Shown one piece after another: positions 31,015 through 39,453 of a stretch of DNA of 64,000 bases. This DNA is from an uncultured delta proteobacterium. Its GTDB lineage: Bacteria; Myxococcota_A; Polyangia; Polyangiales; Polyangiaceae. The position numbers and the translations under genes were made by a program. The notes beneath the pieces were generated by a model that searched no databases, was not told the origin of the DNA, and worked only from the letters and a program-made list of their open reading frames with translations. The stretch covers positions 288,001 through 352,000 of the forward strand of contig CAVQUB010000021.1 in assembly GCA_963716725.1 (NCBI GenBank). Reading direction: 5' to 3'. Numbering within the stretch: position 1 is the stretch's first letter; each line of letters begins with the position of its first letter.

Positions 31015-31850
31015 TTCTGCTCGGCGGAAGCGATGTGGGCGGCGGCCTCGACCCACTTGCCCAACAAGGCGGTGAAGGTGGTTCGCGTCTTCTTCGCGGT
31101 CTCTTCGACCTCCGAGTGGTCGAGCAGCGCGTCCGAGAGTCCGGCACCGAGGTTGGTGATGCAGCTCATGGCGCCGACCCGCACACCACGATGGCGGAGC
31201 ACGAGCACCTCGGGGACCGTGCTCATCCCAACAGCGTCGGCACCGAGGGTGCGCAGCATGCGGATCTCTGCCGGCGTCTCGTAGCTCGGTCCCAGGAGTC
31301 CAGCGTAGACGCCCTCTTGCAGCTTCACTCGGAGCTCGCGAGCGGCCGCGCGCGCGGCCTCGGCGAGCTCGAGATCGTAAGCCCGTGTCATGTCCGGAAA
31401 GCGCGGGCCGGCGCCAGCTTCATTGGGACCAACGAGGGGGTTGTCCCCCATCAAGTTCAGGTGGTCGACGATCAGCATCAGGTCACCAGGCGAAAACCCT
31501 GCCTTGATTCCACCTGCTGCGTTGGTCAAGAGCACGGCGCGGCAACCAAGCTCTGCGAGGAGGCGCACGCCAAAGGTGACCCGTTCGAGAGCGTGGCCCT
31601 CGTAGACGTGGACCCTCCCCTGCAAGCACGCAACCCGTGCCTCGCCCACCGTGCCGAGGCACAGGTTGCCAGCGTGCCCCACCACGGACGACTCCGGCAT
31701 GTGGGGGATCTCGGAGTAAGGCAGCTTCACGAGACCGGTCAGTGAATCGCCGAAGGCGCCCAGCCCCGACCCGAGCACCACACCCACCTGCGGGACCGGC
31801 GCCGCCAAGGCGCGGATCCGCGCGGCGGCTTCGACGAGGTCGCTGGCCAT
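31011..31850 (-). CDS. punA: Purine nucleoside phosphorylase, trimeric type
   Basis: LGSGLG, GRVHVYEG, TNAAGG, GPSYETPAE, VGMSTVPE. Confidence 0.92.
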   Translation of the reverse strand: MASDLVEAAARIRALAAPVPQVGVVLGSGLGAFGDSLTGLVKLPYSEIPHMPESSVVGHAGNLCLGTVGEARVACLQGRVHVYEGHALERVTFGVRLLAELGCRAVLLTNAAGGIKAGFSPGDLMLIVDHLNLMGDNPLVGPNEAGAGPRFPDMTRAYDLELAEAARAAARELRVKLQEGVYAGLLGPSYETPAEIRMLRTLGADAVGMSTVPEVLVLRHRGVRVGAMSCITNLGAGLSDALLDHSEVEETAKKTRTTFTALLGKWVEAAAHIASAEQK

Positions 31851-31992
31851 GCCTCGGAGACTGGCAAAATCGGGCTGGCGGGACAAAGCGGATTCTCGCG
31901 CTCCCACCCCGAGCGCGCGTGCTATGGTCCGCGCCCCCCGCGGCCGGGTCCGGCCGCCCTTTGCCCCCCCGGCGCTCGCGCCGTCTCATCCC

Positions 31993-32331
31993 ATGGACAT
32001 CAAATTCCAGCAGTTTCTCAAGGACAACCAGCTCGACTCGCGTCGCCTCCTGAACGCCTCCAAGCGCCTCGAGCGGCTCCGCCGCGAGGACCGCGCTGCC
32101 CGCCTGGCAAAGCGCCAGGGAGCGAAGCGCGAGGGCGGCCCGAAACCCGAGGAGGGCGCTGAGAAGCCCGCGAAGCGGCGTTCGGGACGCCCGGTGAGCC
32201 CCCGGCTCTTGGCCCAGGCCATGGCCGGCAAGGCCGTCAGCGGCGCCGCCAAGACCCGTTTGCTCCGCGCGGTGAACCAGCTCCTCACGCAAAAGAAGAA
32301 AGATCCCGCAGACCTGCGCAAGCTGTTCTGA
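31993..32331 (+). CDS. Small, highly basic hypothetical protein
   Basis: 112-aa K/R-rich ORF; TATGGT -10-like element upstream. Confidence 0.7.
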   Translation: MDIKFQQFLKDNQLDSRRLLNASKRLERLRREDRAARLAKRQGAKREGGPKPEEGAEKPAKRRSGRPVSPRLLAQAMAGKAVSGAAKTRLLRAVNQLLTQKKKDPADLRKLF

Positions 32332-32518
32332 TTCGGATGCGATCGGCGGGGGCCTCGATGAAAGTCCTGCGGCAGCGGCGCATCCAACTCCCTCGATGCC
32401 CGCTGCAGCCCTGCCGATGGCCCAATCATGGCCCGGCGTCGTCGTGCCGCCCTCCCTCCTCGTCCCAGCGGCGGGGGAGCGGCCAGTCCCGCTCGCCGTC
32501 AGACTGACGCCACGCACC

Positions 32519-33118
32519 ATGGAGCCGGACGAGTCAGAACAGCTCGTGGCGCGCTGCCAGGCCGGCGACCGGAGCGCGTTCAAGGAGCTCTTCGTCAAGC
32601 ATCGCACCGACGTCGCGCGACTCGTGCAGCGCATGACGGGCCCCGGTGCCGACGTCGACGACCTGGTGCAGGAGGTCTTCTTCCAGGTCCACCGCAGCGT
32701 GAAGGACTTCCGCCGCCAGGCACGCTTCTCCACCTGGCTGTATCGAGTCACCGTGAACGTCGTCCTCATGCAGCGCCGCTCGGCGAAGAGCCGCCCGGTG
32801 CTGGTCGAGACGCCCGAGACCCTCTCCCCGGCTGCGCACGGACTGGCCCCGGACGAGGACGCGGCGCGGCGTGCTCGAGTTCACGCCTTCGGGCGCTTGC
32901 TCGACCAGATCTCCGAGAAGAAGCGCAGCGTGTTCGTTCTGCACGAGCTTCAAGGGCTGTCCGCCGCCGAGATCTCGGAAATCGTGGATGCACCCGTGCT
33001 GACGGTTCGTACTCGCCTGTTTTATGCGAGGAAGGAGCTCGCCGAGCTCCTGCGCTCGGAGCCCAGCTTGGCATCACTCGCGGATGAACTCGGCCTCAGC
33101 CGGGACGGAGCACAATGA
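32519..33118 (+). CDS. ECF sigma-70 factor
   Basis: DDLVQEVF, FSTWLYRV (region 2); VFVLHELQGLS..EIS..V..P..TVRTRL (region 4). Confidence 0.92.
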   Translation: MEPDESEQLVARCQAGDRSAFKELFVKHRTDVARLVQRMTGPGADVDDLVQEVFFQVHRSVKDFRRQARFSTWLYRVTVNVVLMQRRSAKSRPVLVETPETLSPAAHGLAPDEDAARRARVHAFGRLLDQISEKKRSVFVLHELQGLSAAEISEIVDAPVLTVRTRLFYARKELAELLRSEPSLASLADELGLSRDGAQ

Positions 33119-34185
33119 CCGACCACAGCGGAGACGATCGAGCCCTGGATCAGGTCATCACGGAGCTGCGCGACGCGCCCGGCCCCGACCTCGACTGGGA
33201 TCGGATGGAGCGGCAGCTGATGTCACGGGTCGACGCAGATCAGCGCGCGGCATCGTCCAAGCTCTCGCCGCGAGTCGTTGCGATTCTCGCCGCCGCCGCC
33301 GCCGTACTGCTCGTGCTGGGCGTTGGCCTATTGCGCTCGGGGCGAGACCAACAGGCGAGGCTGCCTTCGTCCACCGCGCCCGCCGCGCGAGTATTCGGAC
33401 CCGGTGTCGCGAGTGTCGACGGTTCGCAGCTCGTCAGCGGCGATCGCGTGGTGGCGGCCCAGCGAGCGCTGGTGGTGGATCACCCGGGGCGCGCCCAGTG
33501 GACGCTCGAGACCGGCAGCCAGGCCACGGTCGAAGCGGTGGGCGCAGTGCTCCGCCTCCGGCTCACTGCCGGCGCAATTTCGGCGAAGGTCGTACCGAGC
33601 GAGCAGCCGGAGACCTTCGTGATCGAGGTCGATGAGGTCCGGGTCGCCGTCCACGGCACCGAGTTCCGTGTCGTGCGCACGACGGAGGGTGTGGACGTGT
33701 CGGTCTCCGAGGGCGTCGTCGCCGTTGGAGGCCAAAGCCAGAAGCCGAGCTTCTTCTTGCGCGCGCGGGACTCCGGCAGGTTCAGCAAGCTCGGATCCAG
33801 CGGACAGGTGGTGCGCGGAGCCGAGGCGGCCCTCGAACCCACGGCTGCGGACCCCAAGCCGGCGGCGAGCGCCGCGAGCAAGCCGTCGCTCCCCGCGGCC
33901 GCATCCAACGTGGCGGTGAACAAAGCGCTCGATCAAATCGGCGCCGCGGTCGCACGCTGCTTCTCCCGCGACGGCGCTCCGGGCGAGGTCGGAGTTCAGG
34001 TGCGCACGCAGGCCAGCATCGCGTTCGGCGCCAACGGCAAGCTCCACACGATGAGCTTCGAGCCGCCGCTCGCTCCAGGTGTGATGGAGTGCGTGCAGCA
34101 CGACACGGCCAAGATCAACGTCCCGGAGAGCGCGCACGGCGGCGCCGCGCAGCGTTCGCTCTTGCTCGTTCGCGACCCGGGGTGA
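33115..34185 (+). CDS. FecR-domain anti-sigma factor with TonB-C-like tail
   Basis: ATGA overlap with the sigma gene; TM; VAVHGTEFRV, VSVSEGVV. Confidence 0.82.
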   Translation: MTDHSGDDRALDQVITELRDAPGPDLDWDRMERQLMSRVDADQRAASSKLSPRVVAILAAAAAVLLVLGVGLLRSGRDQQARLPSSTAPAARVFGPGVASVDGSQLVSGDRVVAAQRALVVDHPGRAQWTLETGSQATVEAVGAVLRLRLTAGAISAKVVPSEQPETFVIEVDEVRVAVHGTEFRVVRTTEGVDVSVSEGVVAVGGQSQKPSFFLRARDSGRFSKLGSSGQVVRGAEAALEPTAADPKPAASAASKPSLPAAASNVAVNKALDQIGAAVARCFSRDGAPGEVGVQVRTQASIAFGANGKLHTMSFEPPLAPGVMECVQHDTAKINVPESAHGGAAQRSLLLVRDPG

Positions 34186-34188
34186 GCG

Positions 34189-34587
34189 TCACTCGCGCCG
34201 CAGTACGATGGCTCGCTCGTCGGAGAGCATCCAGCGGATGCTGTGCTCCGAGTCGAGCTTCAAACGCATCTTGTCCTTCGAACCGTCCTTGCGCATGACG
34301 GCCAGTTCGACGGCGTTCTCCCTCACGGTCGCGACCTTGTAGCTGGCCGTGCGCGGATCCTCGGCGGGGATCGCTACCGTGATTGTGGCGCCGGAGAACT
34401 CGAAGCTGGCCCCCTTGGCCCATCCCGTTGCGATCGCGACGTGGCCGTCGTCGAAGTTCTCGACGCTGTCGCCGACCCAGCGGCCTTCGAGCTTGTTCTG
34501 AACCGGGTGACCGCAGGCTGTCAGGCCCGCGATCGCCCCCACCCCCACCAAGAAGCCTCCAAGGGCACGAATCGACGGCAGCGGCAT
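34189..34587 (-). CDS. Hypothetical lipoprotein
   Basis: LTAC lipobox; LEGRW lipocalin-like start; TACCAT 7 nt before ATG. Confidence 0.7.
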   Translation of the reverse strand: MPLPSIRALGGFLVGVGAIAGLTACGHPVQNKLEGRWVGDSVENFDDGHVAIATGWAKGASFEFSGATITVAIPAEDPRTASYKVATVRENAVELAVMRKDGSKDKMRLKLDSEHSIRWMLSDERAIVLRRE

Positions 34588-34687
34588 GACCGAAATGGTA
34601 CCGAACCCACCTACATTGGCCTACATTTTAGCAAACGCCGCTGCTGTTGCCTTGGGCAGGTGAGAAGGAGGCCGAATAATGCCGCCC

Positions 34688-35338
34688 ATGGCTGCTGAGC
34701 CCAGGATGACGGTGACCCAGGTCCGAAACCTGGTCGAGGGGACTTGGGACGAGGTCACCCGTTGGTTCTCCGCCAAACCGGGCATCTTCACCTTGCCCCA
34801 CCCAGAGCAGCAGTTGCTCTTCGAGTACGCCGACCGCCTGCGTCGAGCTGTGCGGCACGTGGTCGGGGATCACGCATGGGATCGCATGTACTTCGACGCC
34901 ACGACGGTCACCCACGAGCGCGCGCTGGTGCCGCTGGACGAGCGCCGGGCTCCAATCTTCATCGACACCCGGAAGATTTTCGGCATCCCCAGCCCCGCGC
35001 CACGGGACGACACGGCGCCGGATCTGGCGATCGCGATCCAGGTTCTGAGGACCGCGCCCGCGCAGCTCGATCTCGACGACGACGCTCGCCTGCGGCGACC
35101 CGGCTTCACGCCGACCGCGCTGCATCTCCAAGGCTGGCTCCTCGAACAACACGTTCTGCACCTGGAGCGGCTCTCGCAAAGCGCGTGCGACGGGTTCCTG
35201 TTCGTCGTCTACAGCAATGACGCGCGGCGCCGCTCTGCCGTGGATCTGCGGGAGGTCGCTTCGTGGGCTTCGTGGCAGCGACCGAGTGAGACGCTGTGGT
35301 GGGCGACGCGCCATTTCCGCGCGCGATCCCGGGTCTGA
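34688..35338 (+). CDS. Hypothetical protein
   Basis: Open frame filling the gap; AATAAT 7 nt before ATG. Confidence 0.6.
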   Translation: MAAEPRMTVTQVRNLVEGTWDEVTRWFSAKPGIFTLPHPEQQLLFEYADRLRRAVRHVVGDHAWDRMYFDATTVTHERALVPLDERRAPIFIDTRKIFGIPSPAPRDDTAPDLAIAIQVLRTAPAQLDLDDDARLRRPGFTPTALHLQGWLLEQHVLHLERLSQSACDGFLFVVYSNDARRRSAVDLREVASWASWQRPSETLWWATRHFRARSRV

Positions 35339-35342
35339 TGCG

Positions 35343-36323
35343 TCACTTGCAGCAGCGCACTCCCAGGCTGTAGTCGTAGTAAGCGCGCGGGTGAGCCGTG
35401 ACGCTGGCGTCACAACCCTCGCGAGTGCTGCGTGAGAAGAAGCCGCCCGAGAAACGACCCTTGGGCTCGTCGACCCACTCGTCCAAGTTGCCGACCATGT
35501 CGAAGATCGCGTCGCTACCCCACTCGCTCTTGCAGTCCGGGGTCTCTCCGGTCTTCATGAGCAAGGGCTTGCCCTTCGACTTCACCTTGAGCAGGCGCGG
35601 ATCGAGGTGGTTGATGCTGGGATTGCCGTGCAGGACCAGCGCCGGGTGCGACTCCCGAAAGACGTTGCAGCGCCCCTGCGCGTAGCGTTCACCGTAGGGG
35701 TACTTCCGATTCTTTTCGCCACGACAGGCGGTGACCCACTCCTCTTGGGTGCACAGTCGCTTGCCGGCGTTCTGACAGGACTTCGCGGCGGCGTCGCCGC
35801 TGACGAAGCCGTTGGGCACCACGCCGGGTTTCACCTCGGCACGCGGCTCGAACTCCTCCGCGAGCTGCCAGCTCGGCGGAGCGGGCACGGCCATCTCGCG
35901 AGACAGGGCGCTCTCGGACTCGAGACGCGCCCGCTGCCATTTGCCGTACTCGCGCCGCGACTGCATGCGCGCCGGATGATAGAAGGGTGATATCTCGCGA
36001 CCCCGTTCCCGATCCACCAACGTGGCTTCGAAGCGGTCGACGCAAAATCGGCCCTGAACATCCACCATCTCTTCGGGGCAACGCTTGGACGCAAAGCCCC
36101 AAGGCCCGGGCAAGACGCCCTGACCGGGGGAGCGCGGCGGGCCGAGATCGCCGCTGTCGGGAAGATAGAGCAGCTCGGGGGCGGGCTCGGGCGGCCTCGC
36201 CGAGGCGACTGAGACCGGGCCCGCGTCGTCGCGGGTCTCACGGCCCTCGGTGCGCGCGCAGGAAGCGAGCAGCAGCGCCCAGAGCGCGGTCTCGAGAACT
36301 CGTCGGGGTTGTGCGGGCGGCAT
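35343..36323 (-). CDS. FGE-sulfatase (SUMF1/EgtB/PvdO) domain lipoprotein
   Basis: FCVDRFEA, GKRLCTQEEW, DMVGNLDEW, GVRCC. Confidence 0.85.
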   Translation of the reverse strand: MPPAQPRRVLETALWALLLASCARTEGRETRDDAGPVSVASARPPEPAPELLYLPDSGDLGPPRSPGQGVLPGPWGFASKRCPEEMVDVQGRFCVDRFEATLVDRERGREISPFYHPARMQSRREYGKWQRARLESESALSREMAVPAPPSWQLAEEFEPRAEVKPGVVPNGFVSGDAAAKSCQNAGKRLCTQEEWVTACRGEKNRKYPYGERYAQGRCNVFRESHPALVLHGNPSINHLDPRLLKVKSKGKPLLMKTGETPDCKSEWGSDAIFDMVGNLDEWVDEPKGRFSGGFFSRSTREGCDASVTAHPRAYYDYSLGVRCCK

Positions 36324-36333
36324 GCCGCCGCGC

Positions 36334-36555
36334 TCACTTCCCGCGGTAGACGATCAGGCCGTGGCTGAGATCGTAAGGGGACACGGCTACCCTCACGCGG
36401 TCGCCGGGCAACACGCGGATGTGGTGCCGGCGCATACGGCCCGAGAGCTGCGCCCGCACGACGGCGCCGCCTTGATCCACCCTGATGGTGTACTGGCCAC
36501 CGCCGAGAGCGTCTTGAATGACGCCCTCCATCTCCAACAGATCGCCTTTACTCAT
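36334..36555 (-). CDS. infA: Translation initiation factor IF-1, divergent
   Basis: SGRMRRHHIRVLPGDRVRVAVSPYDL..G.IVYR; 73 aa. Confidence 0.88.
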   Translation of the reverse strand: MSKGDLLEMEGVIQDALGGGQYTIRVDQGGAVVRAQLSGRMRRHHIRVLPGDRVRVAVSPYDLSHGLIVYRGK

Positions 36556-36714
36556 GGATTCCGCGACACAAAAAGTGAGAAAGCGCGGGGAACCTGACAC
36601 AAGGAGTCGGCCGACGCAAGCACCGTTCCCGCATCTGGAGAAAAGCCGCACCAGCCGAGTCTCGAATGCGCGCAGGGGGAGGACTTCACCACGTTTTGAG
36701 CTAGTTTTCGGCCG

Positions 36715-37398
36715 GTGTTTGCCGCGACGCTGTTCGACTACAACGGGGTGCTCGTCGACGACGAAGCCGTCCACCTCGCGGCGTTTCGCGCGACGCTCGA
36801 TCCGCGTGGCATCGCGGTGGACGAGAGCACCTATTGGGAGCGCTACATCGGATTTGACGACGTCGGGGCGTTCCGAGCAATGCTGATCGATGCTGGGCGC
36901 GAGGCTCCCGACGCCCTTGTCGCCGAGCTGGTCGAGGCCAAGCGCCCCCTCTATATGCAGCGAGCGAGCGCCGGGTTGAAGCTCTTCGACGGTGCTGCGG
37001 AGAAGCTTCGCTCCTGCTCGCTTCGGGGTGCGGTGGGCGTCGTGAGTGGAGCGCTGCGCGACGAGATCGAGCTGGGGCTCGTTCTGCTCGGTGTGCGCGA
37101 CCTCGTGAGCTTCGTCGTCTCGGCGGAAGACACGAGCCGCTGCAAGCCCGACCCCGAGGGCTACGAGAAGGGCTTGGCGCTGCTCGGGGGTATCCCGCGC
37201 GATCAAGTGGTCGTGATCGAGGACTCCGTCGCGGGGGTCCGCGCGGCCAAGGCCGCGAACCTGGCGTGCGTCGGCGTTGCGCACAGCTACCCCGCGGCGG
37301 CTCTCAGCGAGGCCGGTGCCGATCTGGTCAGCTCGAATATCGCCGAGCTGAGCGACGAAGCTCTGGCGGCCCTCGCCGGGAGGCTGAGGCGTGCGTGA
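36715..37398 (+). CDS. HAD family phosphatase
   Basis: FDYNGVLVD, VVSG, KPDPEGY, IEDS..G. Confidence 0.88.
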   Translation: MFAATLFDYNGVLVDDEAVHLAAFRATLDPRGIAVDESTYWERYIGFDDVGAFRAMLIDAGREAPDALVAELVEAKRPLYMQRASAGLKLFDGAAEKLRSCSLRGAVGVVSGALRDEIELGLVLLGVRDLVSFVVSAEDTSRCKPDPEGYEKGLALLGGIPRDQVVVIEDSVAGVRAAKAANLACVGVAHSYPAAALSEAGADLVSSNIAELSDEALAALAGRLRRA

Positions 37399-38557
37399 AC
37401 TCTCGCTGCTGCTCGCGATGGTCTGCTCGGCGAGCATCGCTGGAGCCACGACGCCGGTCGACCGCGCGGAGCTCCCGCCGCGCGCCACCGGCTGGCAAGA
37501 GAGCGGGCTCGGCACGGTGCGCGGGGTGACCATTGGCCCCATCGAGAGCGCGCTGCATCCGGACAAGGGCTACGGCAGCCCCGCCTGCGCGGAGTCGCTG
37601 TCCGAGGCGCGCCGGATGGGCGCCAACTGGGTCAGCCTCACCCCCTTTGGGCGCGTTTGGGATCTGGCACCGAGCGGCGTTTCACCGGCCTTCGAGCGCG
37701 AGTACTCCGAGAATCGAGCCGCGGTTCGCCGCGCCATCGAGCAGGCCCAAGCCGAAGGCCTACGCGTGCTGTTGGTACCGCACCTGTGGGTGGAAACGGG
37801 CGGCTGGCGCGCGTTGATCGATCCCGGCGACGATGCGCGCTGGGCCATCTGGGCCGCGAGCTACCGCGAGTTCTTGCTGGGTTGGGCCAAGCTGGCGGCG
37901 GAGACCGGGGTCGACATGCTGTCCGTGGGCGTCGAGCTCCGGAGCTGGCTCACCACCTCGCGCGCGCCAAGCTTCTCCGCGATCATCCGGGACGTCCGCG
38001 CCGTCTACCCCGGCCTCCTGACCTACGCCGCCAATTGGGACGACGCGGACCGCACCGTGATCCTCGGTGAGCTCGACGTGATCGGTATCAATGCCTTCTT
38101 CCCACTGGCGCAGAAGGAAGGCGCGACGCGGGCGGAGTTGATGCAGGGCGGACGCGACGTCGCCACCCGGCTCAGCGCCCTGGCCAAGAGCTGGCAGAAG
38201 CCGGTGATGTTCACCGAGTTCGGCTACACCACCCGGCCGAACCCGGCCATCAAACCCTGGGAGTGGCCGGACGGGATGAGCAACGTCGTGGTGGATGAGC
38301 TGGCTCAGGCCGAGGCCTACTACGCGCTCCTGTCGGCCTTCGTCGATCAGCCGACCTTCGCCGGCTTCTTCGTCTGGCGTACGTACGCAGATCCCAACGA
38401 CATGTCGCAGGAGGCCGAGTGGGGCTTCTCGCCCCGCGGGAAGGTCGCGGAGTTGGTGCTCCGCGACGCCTTCGCCGCGCATTGGGCAGGTGACGGCCCG
38501 CGCGCCCTCGCGACCTCGACGGTTCGCCTGGGCGCCTTCGAAATCGGGCGCTACTGA
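37391..38557 (+). CDS. Secreted TIM-barrel glycoside hydrolase, GH113-like
   Basis: VPHLW, GVEL, TYAANW, GINAFFPL, FTEFGY. Confidence 0.75.
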   Translation: MRELSLLLAMVCSASIAGATTPVDRAELPPRATGWQESGLGTVRGVTIGPIESALHPDKGYGSPACAESLSEARRMGANWVSLTPFGRVWDLAPSGVSPAFEREYSENRAAVRRAIEQAQAEGLRVLLVPHLWVETGGWRALIDPGDDARWAIWAASYREFLLGWAKLAAETGVDMLSVGVELRSWLTTSRAPSFSAIIRDVRAVYPGLLTYAANWDDADRTVILGELDVIGINAFFPLAQKEGATRAELMQGGRDVATRLSALAKSWQKPVMFTEFGYTTRPNPAIKPWEWPDGMSNVVVDELAQAEAYYALLSAFVDQPTFAGFFVWRTYADPNDMSQEAEWGFSPRGKVAELVLRDAFAAHWAGDGPRALATSTVRLGAFEIGRY

Positions 38558-38567
38558 AGCGAGCCGC

Positions 38568-39274
38568 TCAGGGCGCCGAGGTGAACTTGGCGCTGCGCCG
38601 CTGACCGGCCTTGATGGTGCTCTCGCTGTCGAGGGCTGTGTCGACGATCCCGATCGCTTGCGCCACATCACGATCTCGAGATCGCAGGGCTCGGGGTTCG
38701 AGCCGCCGGTGGACTCGAGCTTGCCCTTCTCGATGGTGAAGCTGCCGGAGTCGCCGGGGATGTCGAAGTCCTTGTCGAAGATGCACTTCCCGCTGACCTC
38801 CATCGTCATGTCGTCGCCGTTGGTGGCCGCGTCCCAGGTCACGACCACGTCTTCAGTGGCTCGCGAGGGGCTGTTGGTCGGCAGCGCACCGATGGTGAAG
38901 GGCGCGGGCATCTTGACGACGTTGCCGAGCGCGTCGTCGTCATCGGCGCGGTCGAGCATGACCTTGAACTCGGTGTCCGCGGCGTTGGTCGCGAAGTTCA
39001 CGGTGTAGACGCCCTCGGACTCGGCGTGCATGTCCTTCTTCTCGCCGCCGACCTCGGTCACGAGCTTGTCGCCGTTTTCGAGAATGATGTAGGTGTTGCT
39101 CTCGTCGCCGCCGACGCGGAGCTTCGCCTCGACCTCCGAGGCGGCGCCACCGGCGGTGACCATGACGGTCGCGGCGATGCCCTTGGTTCGGATGTTGGAG
39201 GACGAAACGGTTTCTTTTTGCTGGCAACCCGTGGCTGCCGCGAGTGCTGCTAGGGCAATCAAAGCGATCTTCAT
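38568..39274 (-). CDS. Hypothetical lipoprotein with a frameshift at ~38650
   Basis: ATGC lipobox; adding one G in the GGG run gives ...RSGIVDTALDSESTIKAGQRRSAKFTSAP-stop. Confidence 0.7.
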
Positions 39275-39308
39275 CAGAGCCTCCCGATGGCGGACTCTAA
39301 CAGCAACA

Positions 39309-39324
39309 AGCAGACCAAGCGCCA
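39309..39324 (-). promoter_or_regulatory. Putative sigma54 promoter
   Basis: Minus strand TGGCGCTTGGTCTGCT, 35 nt upstream of ATG 39274. Confidence 0.4.
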
Positions 39325-39453
39325 ATTTGGCACTCTTGCGCCGCCACCTTGCACTTGGGCAGGGCAGCGCGATCGCGGGGGTGTGGCCGCCGTGCAACAC
39401 TTTCCGCCGCGGGGAGATTTGCGACTTGGCGGCGTATCAGGCGCCTTGTCCGC

